Origin: Candidatus Eiseniibacteriota bacterium
GTDB lineage: Bacteria > Eisenbacteria > RBG-16-71-46
Direction: 5' to 3'
Assembly (NCBI GenBank): GCA_038231135.1
Contig: JBBRLX010000026.1
Location: 1 to 64,000, forward strand
Length of the DNA: 64,000 bases
Below are positions 8,696-16,555 of this stretch, piece by piece (within the stretch, counting starts at the first letter, position 1; every line of letters starts with the position of its first letter). The notes under the pieces were generated by a model. The model was given only the letters and a program-made list of their open reading frames with translations, ran no database searches and had not been told where the DNA came from. The position numbers and the translations under genes were made by a program.

Positions 8696-10270
8696 ATGAC
8701 TTTCCCCAACGATTCCGCCACCGAAGCCCACCATGACGCGGCCCTCGTCGCGCGGGCGCGTGCCGCCACCGAGTTGCTCCAGCAGATCGTCGCCGACCGG
8801 GCGCTGCTCGCCCACCTGACACCGGAAGACCGCACCCGGCTGATTCAGGCCGCGGGCCATGTCTACAGCCCCGACAATCGCTCGCGCCGCCGGCTGATCA
8901 AGGCCCGCGCGCGGCTGAGCAAGGTGGGCCGCGTGACCACCGACGAAAAGAAGCTCAACGGCACCGGCATTCGCAAGCTGCGCCGGCAGCCGGTCTTCAA
9001 CACGCCGAACGTATTCCCGCCGCCGGACTTCTCGCAGGTGGACGTCGATCCGGAGCCCGAGTTCCGCGAGGCGATCGAGCCGCAGCTCTGCTACGTGTGC
9101 AAGACCGACTATTCGGTCATCCATCACTTCTACGATCAGCTGTGCCCGCCGTGCGCCGAGCTCAATTTCACGAAGCGCACCGAGCTCGCCGATCTGACGG
9201 GCAAGGTCGCGCTGCTGACGGGCGGCCGGGTGAAGATCGGCTATCAGGCCGGGATCAAGCTGCTGCGTTCGGGTGCGCACCTGATCGTCACCACGCGATT
9301 CCCGCGCGACTCGGCGGCGCGCTACGCCCAGGAGCCCGACTTCGCCGACTGGGGGCATCGGCTCGAGATCTTCGGGCTCGACCTGCGACACACTCCCAGC
9401 GTCGAGGCATTCTGCCGGCAACTCGTCGCCACCCGCGAACGGCTCGACATCATCATCAACAATGCGTGCCAGACCGTACGGCGCCCACCCGACTTCTACG
9501 AGCACATGATGGCAGGCGAGCGCGCCGCCCTGCAGGACTCCCCGGAGCACGTGCGGAAGCTGCTGGGCGCCTACGAGGGGCTGCGTGGCTATCACCTGCT
9601 GCCCGAGGGCGACGAGACCGCGGTGCCCGAGGCGGCCGCGGCAGCGCTGTCGGACGTTGCCGGCCTCACGCACGCCGCCGAGTTGTCGCAGGTGCGGCTG
9701 CTGGCCGAGGAGCGCGTCGCGCAGAAGCACCTGTTCCCGCAGGGGCGCCTCGATCAGGATCTGCAGCAGGTCGACCTGCGTGGCCGCAATTCGTGGCGGC
9801 TGCTGCTGGCCGAAGTGCCGTCGGTCGAGCTGGTCGAAGTGCAGCTCGTCAACGCGATCGCGCCGTTCATCATCAATGCGCGGCTCAAGCCGCTGATGCT
9901 GCGCACCACGAACCGCGACAAGCACATCGTGAACGTCTCGGCGGTCGAGGGGCAGTTCTACCGGCGGACCAAGACCACGCGGCATCCGCACACGAACATG
10001 GCGAAGGCCGCGCTCAACATGATGACGCGGACCTCGGCCACCGACTACCATCACGACGGCATCCACATGAACAGCATCGACACCGGCTGGGTGACCGACG
10101 AAGACCCCGCGGACATCGCCGCGCGCAAGGTGGTCGACCACCGGTTTCACCCGCCACTCGACATCGTCGACGGCGCCGCCCGCATCGTGGATCCCATCAT
10201 CGACGGGACGAACACCGGCGAGCACGTGTGGGGGCAGTTCCTGAAAGACTACCGGCCCACGGACTGGTAG
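8696..10270 (+). CDS. Atypical SDR family NAD(P)-dependent oxidoreductase with N-terminal C4 Zn-finger-like motif
   Basis: TGGRVKIG, LDIIINNA, IVNVSAVEG and HTNMAKAAL motifs; CYVC...CPPC upstream. Confidence 0.85.
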   Translation: MTFPNDSATEAHHDAALVARARAATELLQQIVADRALLAHLTPEDRTRLIQAAGHVYSPDNRSRRRLIKARARLSKVGRVTTDEKKLNGTGIRKLRRQPVFNTPNVFPPPDFSQVDVDPEPEFREAIEPQLCYVCKTDYSVIHHFYDQLCPPCAELNFTKRTELADLTGKVALLTGGRVKIGYQAGIKLLRSGAHLIVTTRFPRDSAARYAQEPDFADWGHRLEIFGLDLRHTPSVEAFCRQLVATRERLDIIINNACQTVRRPPDFYEHMMAGERAALQDSPEHVRKLLGAYEGLRGYHLLPEGDETAVPEAAAAALSDVAGLTHAAELSQVRLLAEERVAQKHLFPQGRLDQDLQQVDLRGRNSWRLLLAEVPSVELVEVQLVNAIAPFIINARLKPLMLRTTNRDKHIVNVSAVEGQFYRRTKTTRHPHTNMAKAALNMMTRTSATDYHHDGIHMNSIDTGWVTDEDPADIAARKVVDHRFHPPLDIVDGAARIVDPIIDGTNTGEHVWGQFLKDYRPTDW

Positions 10271-10808
10271 GCCGGGAGGTGGGCGCCCTCGTCTAGGGCA
10301 GAGAGAATCGGACGGGCACTGCCTGCCAAATCCGCCATGCTCGACCCGATTATCAGCCGTCCCTACACGTAGTAATCGCCCGGTCGTACGTCGAACCGAT
10401 GACGGTGCCGAAGGTCGGGTTCTCGGTGGCCCAGGTGTCGGCAAGGTTTCCAAGGATCGTCCCGGAATGAGCGCGCGCGACGATCGGATTCGGCGGCTTG
10501 GAACAGCCAACGAACCACAGGTAGTAGGCGAGTGACACCGCTGCCGACACATGCAGGCCACGAATTGCGGCGACTTCCGATCCTCCGCGGTTACCCATTC
10601 GTTCAGAGTAGTTCTTTACCGTGCCGCCTGACAGCATCAGGTTCGGGGTATTCCTCCGGCCTCGTTCAAGAGCCTTCGATGTCATCGGAGCTTGGCGGCC
10701 AGGCGAATCCATATATATTCTCGCCGTGGGTAGATCGCGGATCAGGCCGATTCAGGTGAGCATGGCGTCACAAGCCGTCGGTATCTTGTCCGTGGAGTTC
10801 TTTGCCCG

Positions 10809-12629
10809 ATGAGACCGCGTACACGGTTTGCCCTGGCCGTAATCCTGTTCACCGCGGCGGCCATTGTCGTGGTCAGCGTGCTGCCGCGCGCTCCGCTCGA
10901 TGCCAACGGCCACAGCCATCACGAGCGCCGGCTCGCGGCGTTGCGCACCTACGCCGGCCGTGTCCGCCAGGGCTCGTTTGTGCCGCAGACCGACGCGTTG
11001 CTGTCGATTCGCGAGTCGTTCCTCCAGCGCGTGATCGACGGCTCGCTGCCGGTGAGGCGCTACTTCGAGCAAGGCCGCTACGTCGCCCGGCTCGACAGCG
11101 CGACGGTACGGCTCGAGTCGGGGGTCGCGCTCGTCCGCATCGGCGGCCGCGGGATGGTGGCGGGGCAGGAGGATTCGCCTTTCTACGCGGACCTGCTGCT
11201 CGAGGGCGTCGTCGCGATCACCGGCGTGGATCCCACGACGGGCACGCTGCGCGCGAGCCTGGTGATCACCGACGTGCGCACGCGGCGCTCGCGAAGCCGG
11301 CGGCTCCAGGGCTGGCTGAGCCCGGTGGGAGGCTACTTTGGACACCTGAAGGCCGAGGACTGGAATCGCACCCGCCAGCGCATCTTCCTGCCGCTGCGCA
11401 TCGATCGCGAGATCCTGCTGCCCGGCATCGACGGGGACATCTCGGTGCCCGAAAGCCGCGTGTCGCTCTCGGTGCGGGTGTCGGCGGTGACGACGCTCGA
11501 CCAGCGCATCGCGGTGAGCCTCGCGCTGCGGCCCGATCTGGAAGACGGCGAGCCGGCGATGCAGGCGGACAGCCTGTGGAACCTCGAGCGCCCCGATGTG
11601 CCTCCCGTCGCGGCCGCCGCGCCACGATTGCGGTTCCACCGCCCGCGGTCGGCGGAGGAGGATACGCTGCGGGCCCGAGTGGAGCGTCTGGCGTACGAGG
11701 ATCCACTATGGCGCGCCGTCGCGAGCTCCGACGACGACGTGGTCGCCGTGATCCCCCGCCCATTGCTGTCGCGGGTGATCGCGCGAGCATCGCACCGGTA
11801 CCTGACGGGCGTCCGCGTGGACATTCGGCCCGAGGCGAGGATCAAGGTCGATTCGGTGCTGCGGATGAAGATTCTGGGTGACCGCATGGGCGTCGGCCGG
11901 CTCAAGGGGCTGATTCACATCACGCATCTGCAGGGGCAGCTCGCGGTATCGGGTACGCCGCGCGTGGTGCTCGAACCGCCGGACGAACTGGTGATCACGG
12001 CCCCCGTCGAGGTCCGGGCCGGGCGCGGCGCGATCGGGATGGAAATGGCGTGGGATCCGGCCATGCTGGTGAGCCTGGTGTGTCGCGGGTTCCAGTTCCG
12101 CGAATCACTGACGGGCGACATCCTGCCGGTGCGCGACACGCTGACGACGCGGATGCGCTTCGCGGTTGAGGACTCGAACGTCGTGTGCCGCCCGCGCGTG
12201 CCACGCGACACCCTCCGCATGAAGGCGGACCTCGATATCGCGTCCTGGAACAAGGTACGGCAGAAGCTCGTCGAACAGGATCGCTTCGGGCGGTGCGGAC
12301 TCGTGATGAACGCCGACTCGGTTCTGGTGGCGCTGAAGAGGCTCGCGCAGGCCGGGATGAACCTCAGGCTGCCGCCCAAGGTGTTCAAGCCGTTCCTGCT
12401 GCCGGTGTCGCTCGAGCGCTCGTACGTGGCCGAGGCGTACCAGGTCGCGGCGCGCGCGTATTCCCCGACGATTGCCGTGGAACGGGAGTTCGTAAGGCTG
12501 GGGTTCCGCGTGGATCTGCGCGTGAGACCGTTGGCGATCGTGCCCGAGGCACCGCCAGTGCCGCCGCAGACCACCATGACACCGCGGGAGGAGGCGCCGG
12601 AGTCGTCGGGGACGCGCGTCCGGCGCTGA
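10809..12629 (+). CDS. Hypothetical exported/membrane-anchored protein, possibly two tandem tubular lipid-binding-like domains
   Basis: N-terminal hydrophobic anchor; long ORF with host-like codon usage; two halves start with similar helix-strand patterns (LLSIRESFLQRVI / VAVIPRPLLSRVI). Confidence 0.65.
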   Translation: MRPRTRFALAVILFTAAAIVVVSVLPRAPLDANGHSHHERRLAALRTYAGRVRQGSFVPQTDALLSIRESFLQRVIDGSLPVRRYFEQGRYVARLDSATVRLESGVALVRIGGRGMVAGQEDSPFYADLLLEGVVAITGVDPTTGTLRASLVITDVRTRRSRSRRLQGWLSPVGGYFGHLKAEDWNRTRQRIFLPLRIDREILLPGIDGDISVPESRVSLSVRVSAVTTLDQRIAVSLALRPDLEDGEPAMQADSLWNLERPDVPPVAAAAPRLRFHRPRSAEEDTLRARVERLAYEDPLWRAVASSDDDVVAVIPRPLLSRVIARASHRYLTGVRVDIRPEARIKVDSVLRMKILGDRMGVGRLKGLIHITHLQGQLAVSGTPRVVLEPPDELVITAPVEVRAGRGAIGMEMAWDPAMLVSLVCRGFQFRESLTGDILPVRDTLTTRMRFAVEDSNVVCRPRVPRDTLRMKADLDIASWNKVRQKLVEQDRFGRCGLVMNADSVLVALKRLAQAGMNLRLPPKVFKPFLLPVSLERSYVAEAYQVAARAYSPTIAVEREFVRLGFRVDLRVRPLAIVPEAPPVPPQTTMTPREEAPESSGTRVRR

Positions 12630-12660
12630 CGCCATCTGGCACGGCCCGAGGGGCCGACCG

Positions 12661-13065
12661 TCAGCGTATGTCGGGCGCCGGCGGCCGCACCATGCGGTTC
12701 ATCAGGTTCTCGAGCTCGCTCGCCGGATCGTCGCTGACACCGGAGTGCACCGGCGACACCTGCAGCACCGTGCTGCGCGGCGCGACGAGCCAATGGAAGC
12801 GCTCGCGCTGCGACAGCTTTCCGATTGGCCCGCTGCGGTCGCCGCCGGCGCAGATCTGCGGAACGGTGTTCAGGTGCTCCGCGATCAGCGTCAGGTCCGC
12901 TCCGGCATGCAGCGCCAGCACGCGCGCCCGATCGAGCTCCACGCGCGCGTCCAGATAATTGCGCTCGGAGCTGAACACGATCACGCCCGCGTTGATGAAC
13001 TCCTCGCGCTCGACCCGCGGCACGATCCTCAGGACAGCGTAATCAAACGAGCTGTGCGCGGGCAC
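12661..13065 (-). CDS. DUF3037 domain-containing protein
   Basis: FDYAVLRIVPRVEREEFINAGVI...RERFHWLVAPRSTVLQVSPVHSG signature; GTG start overlaps the kinase 3' end. Confidence 0.9.
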   Translation of the reverse strand: MPAHSSFDYAVLRIVPRVEREEFINAGVIVFSSERNYLDARVELDRARVLALHAGADLTLIAEHLNTVPQICAGGDRSGPIGKLSQRERFHWLVAPRSTVLQVSPVHSGVSDDPASELENLMNRMVRPPAPDIR

Positions 13066-13822
13066 GTTCGGCCTCCTCGAGGAACCTGGGTGCCGCGCCG
13101 AGCCTGCGCTCGAGGTAGCGGGCATAGGCGGCGCGATGTTCGGCGGGCGACGGGAATCGCGGCTCGCCGGCGAGCCACGCATCGGGAACGTCGGCGAGCA
13201 CCCGTGCGATCGTACCCCCGCTCAGCCGGGGCAGCAGAACCGCGGCCGCCGACGTCAGCTCGCACGCCCACGGCAGCAGCACGTGGTCACGGATCGCGGT
13301 GAACGGGCTCTCGCTGCGGGCGAGTTCATCGTCCCACGTGTGATGGAAGTACAGCGACGCGCCATGGTCGATCAGCCACAGCCGCCGGTGCCACCCGAGC
13401 AGATTCGGGTTGCGGGCGGTGCGGTCGACATTGCTCGCGAACGCGTCCAGCCACACGATCGCCGACGCCTCGGCGGCGGCCGGCGGCGGCCCCGCCACCG
13501 GGTCGAACGTGATGCTGCCCGGCAGGTAGTCGAGACCGATGTTGATGCCGACGCTGCTCCGCACCAGGTCGCGAATTTCCGCATCGGGCTCGCTGCGCCC
13601 GAGCGCCTCGCCGATCTGGACGAGCACGATGTCGGGCACGCGCAGCCCCGCCGCCCGTGCGAGCTCGCCCGTGACCAGCTCCGCGATGAGCGCCTTCTCG
13701 CCGTGCCCCGCGCCGCGGAATTTCACGACGTAGAGCCCGCAGTCGTCGGCCTCGACGATGGCGGGCAGCGAGCCGCCTTCGCGAAGCGGCGTGACGTAGC
13801 GGGTGGCGGTGACGGTGCGCAT
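13043..13822 (-). CDS. HipA-like (HipA_2) Ser/Thr kinase
   Basis: RYVTPLREGGSLP, VVKFRGAG, NVDRTARNPNLL and WLIDHGASL kinase motifs. Confidence 0.9.
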   Translation of the reverse strand: MRTVTATRYVTPLREGGSLPAIVEADDCGLYVVKFRGAGHGEKALIAELVTGELARAAGLRVPDIVLVQIGEALGRSEPDAEIRDLVRSSVGINIGLDYLPGSITFDPVAGPPPAAAEASAIVWLDAFASNVDRTARNPNLLGWHRRLWLIDHGASLYFHHTWDDELARSESPFTAIRDHVLLPWACELTSAAAVLLPRLSGGTIARVLADVPDAWLAGEPRFPSPAEHRAAYARYLERRLGAAPRFLEEAERARAQLV

Positions 13823-13954
13823 GAGCGGCAGGGTAGCGGAGAATGGGCACGGAGCTGCAATCTGAGGCGATGACGCCGCCCCACGACACCGCTTACAAAA
13901 CATTTCTTACGGGATCCGGACACATCGGGAATCGTCGCGGCCGATCCTATAGCC

Positions 13955-14575
13955 ATGCTCACGGGCCCGCGGGTGAGACGCTGGAATACGATCTTCGCAA
14001 TGCCCCTCGCGCTCTGGGCGGCGTTGCCGGCCGTCCAATGGTGCCCGGTGGGCTGGGACCACGTATGCGCGCTGGACCTGTTGCGCTGCTCGGCGATCCC
14101 GGGTGCGTCCGCCGATTGCATGCGGTCCGCGACACCGAAATGCGTGGCCGTACCAGATCCCGAGAACTGTTCGGTCGCGCAGAGTGGCGGCTGCGGGGGT
14201 ATGGAATCCTGCCCGTTCGCCAGGGGACGGGCGACGTGCACTCCACCCCCCGCAGTTTCGCCGTCAGGACTGACGTCGCGTGACCCGGGTGTCGCCTGTG
14301 CGACGCCGGAGCCCGTAGCCCGTGCTCACGCTGCGGCGCCTGCGACTTCCAGCCGCGCGTATTGCCTGAGCGGGCCGAATGGTGGGCTGGCTCTGGGTGC
14401 GCATCACGTTCAGCTCGAACGTGCGCCGTGGGTCGTGGCAGTGCTCGCAGTTGTCGCCGTCGAAGCCGATCCCGGGCTCGCCACTCCGCTCGGCGAGTGG
14501 ACCGAGGAGCGACCACCTCCTGAAACACCGGTAGCACTTCCGCCGGCGCGCGCGCCGCCCAGTCCTCGCGGTTGA
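13955..14575 (+). CDS. Cys-rich putative exported leader protein with C-terminal RAPP arrest motif (CruR/DUF2946-like regulatory uORF)
   Basis: Hydrophobic N-terminus, 11 Cys, Pro-rich tail ending PPARAPPSPRG* (RAPP codons 14549-14560); start uncertain. Confidence 0.7.
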   Translation: MLTGPRVRRWNTIFAMPLALWAALPAVQWCPVGWDHVCALDLLRCSAIPGASADCMRSATPKCVAVPDPENCSVAQSGGCGGMESCPFARGRATCTPPPAVSPSGLTSRDPGVACATPEPVARAHAAAPATSSRAYCLSGPNGGLALGAHHVQLERAPWVVAVLAVVAVEADPGLATPLGEWTEERPPPETPVALPPARAPPSPRG

Positions 14576-14649
14576 TCCGATGCGTTCCTGCCGGAGGCCC
14601 GTCCGGGCCACCGGCCGACATTCCGGATTTCATCGCAAGGAGACACACC

Positions 14650-15003
14650 ATGAAGCGCATTATTTCGGGGCTCGCCCTGATGGCGCTGGTCGCCGTCACG
14701 TCGAGTGCGGTCGTCAGCGCCTCGACACACCGTGCCTCGAAGAACGGGCATGGCGTTCATGCCCGTCTGGCGAGCAACGCCCAGTGCTCGGACCCGGCGC
14801 ATTGCACGGTCGGCTCGTGCTCGAGGGGCACCTCGGCCTCGGCGGCGGCAGTGACCGCATCCGCGACGAGGGTGAAGACGCAGGCGAAGCCGTTGATGAT
14901 GAACGGCGTGGTCTGCCCCGTTTCGGATCCGTCGAAGTGCCCGGCGTCGTGCCCGCGTCACAGCGCGGGAGCGGCGACGGCGACGGTGGTCACGGGAAGC
15001 TGA
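14650..15003 (+). CDS. Small secreted Cys-rich protein (two C..SDPxxC...C units), possible metal-binding
   Basis: Strong RBS AAGGAG, signal peptide MKRIISGLALMALVAVTSSA, CSDPAHCTVGSC and CPVSDPSKCPASC. Confidence 0.75.
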   Translation: MKRIISGLALMALVAVTSSAVVSASTHRASKNGHGVHARLASNAQCSDPAHCTVGSCSRGTSASAAAVTASATRVKTQAKPLMMNGVVCPVSDPSKCPASCPRHSAGAATATVVTGS

Positions 15004-15018
15004 GTGCAGTGAAGTAGG

Positions 15019-15050
15019 ACGGCGCGGGGGCGAGAGCCTCCGCGCCGTTT
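15019..15050 (+). terminator. Putative intrinsic terminator between convergent genes
   Basis: ACGGCGCGGGGGC-GAGA-GCCTCCGCGCCGT-TT, a GC stem with GNRA loop and short U tail. Confidence 0.6.
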
Positions 15051-15088
15051 GAGTCGATTCATGCGCCGCGGCTCGAATCCGGCCATTC

Positions 15089-16360
15089 CTACTGCAATAC
15101 GAATCCCGCGCGAACCGGCACTACGACGAAAGTCATGCGGTCCACACATAGCGCCATAGCTCCGGCGTCGACGGCGAGCGCCACGGATCCGAACAGGCGG
15201 ACCTCGGCCCCGATGCCCGCCGACCAGGCGAGGCCCGTGCGCTGGGCGCCTGCGCCCACGTCCTCCGTTACGGTGAAGGTTTCGAGGGAAGTGCCGCTCT
15301 GGGTCTCCCCCGTGACCGTGAACGTTCGGCCGAAACCCCCGATGCGGCCGGCTCCCAGGCCCGCCCGCGATGTGAGTGAGAATGCTCCGGAGGACCCCGA
15401 TAACCGCAAACCGGTGGTCAATGCCGTGATCGTGAACGAGGTCGGCGCCCTGGAGTAGATGTTTACGAGGTTGCCGAACGGGTCGGTTTCCTGCCGGACC
15501 ACCACGTTCGGTTCCGACCGCCGCAACGCGTTCACGCCCTCCACGGACAGCGCGACCCCGCGCCATACGGGCTGATCGAGCTCGATGGCGGTCGACAGGC
15601 CCGAGTGTGTGGAGGAACGCAATCCGGCGGGTGATCCCATTGCGCTCGGTCCTGTGGTGATGCGCAGGTGCGGGAGCCGCCTCGTGGCAGGCTGCGTGGT
15701 CGCCGCAGACGCTTCCGGCTCCGGCCACGCGATGGCGGCGGAAATCGGGAATTCCGGCCCGACGAGATCGCGAAGCGGCAACCAGCGCGCCTCGGCGGCG
15801 AATACGATTCCGAGTCGAAGCGGGGCGTGGATTCCGAGGCCGGCGCTGATGCCCGCGACGGGTGTGGTGGCCGTTTCGCGGAAGTGCCGCGGGCCGACAT
15901 CCGGCCGGCGATCGTTGCCCGGTGCCGGTCCGGGACCCTTCTGGTCCACGTAGGCCACACCCGTGGTGCCCGCGACGAATGGCCGCAGGAAGCCCATGCT
16001 GGCTTCACGCTTGAGCCCGATCTCGAGGCTGCCCACAGCCAGCGAGCCGTCTTCGGTGCTGCCCACGGAATAGGCGAGCGCGCCATCGGGCAGAAACATG
16101 AAGCCGGAGCGTGGGCTCGCACTCGTGAAACGCTCGTAGGAGATTCGGGCAAGCCACTGGTTGTGCCCGCGAGGCGGCTGGTGGGTCTCAAGGCCGAGTC
16201 GAAGGCCGGTCCGATCGTCGGCCGCACCCTGGCCGGTGAGTGTGGCGGAGCCGGCGGAGACCTCAACGGGGATGTCGACAGCGCTCGCAGTGGACGCTAC
16301 CGACAGACTCGATCCGATTGCCCAAGCACAGGCATGGAATCGGAGAAGAAGCAATCGCAT
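15089..16360 (-). CDS. Outer-membrane protein, likely two tandem small beta-barrel domains
   Basis: Signal peptide ending STASA; amphipathic strands incl. LRPFVAGTTGVAY and WSAGIGAEVRL; C-terminal VPVRAGFVLQ. Confidence 0.65.
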   Translation of the reverse strand: MRLLLLRFHACAWAIGSSLSVASTASAVDIPVEVSAGSATLTGQGAADDRTGLRLGLETHQPPRGHNQWLARISYERFTSASPRSGFMFLPDGALAYSVGSTEDGSLAVGSLEIGLKREASMGFLRPFVAGTTGVAYVDQKGPGPAPGNDRRPDVGPRHFRETATTPVAGISAGLGIHAPLRLGIVFAAEARWLPLRDLVGPEFPISAAIAWPEPEASAATTQPATRRLPHLRITTGPSAMGSPAGLRSSTHSGLSTAIELDQPVWRGVALSVEGVNALRRSEPNVVVRQETDPFGNLVNIYSRAPTSFTITALTTGLRLSGSSGAFSLTSRAGLGAGRIGGFGRTFTVTGETQSGTSLETFTVTEDVGAGAQRTGLAWSAGIGAEVRLFGSVALAVDAGAMALCVDRMTFVVVPVRAGFVLQ

Positions 16361-16555
16361 GGCGGCCCCGTTGCATCTCCACGACTTGATCGCCGTGGAC
16401 CATCGAGCGTAGCACAACGGGTGCAGCCTGCCCGGCCGGCTTGATCGGGCCGCGACCTGACGCAGCAGTTCTCCGGGCCACGATCGAAAGAAAACAGCGG
16501 TGGCGCGGACCGAACGGCTCCGCGCCACCATGTCACCCGCAATTCGATGCGTGCC

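Noticed and set aside
10353..10712. 119-aa minus-strand ORF with a lipobox-like FVGC in a lower-GC gap
   Set aside because: No RBS or recognisable family; may be a gene remnant but cannot be supported
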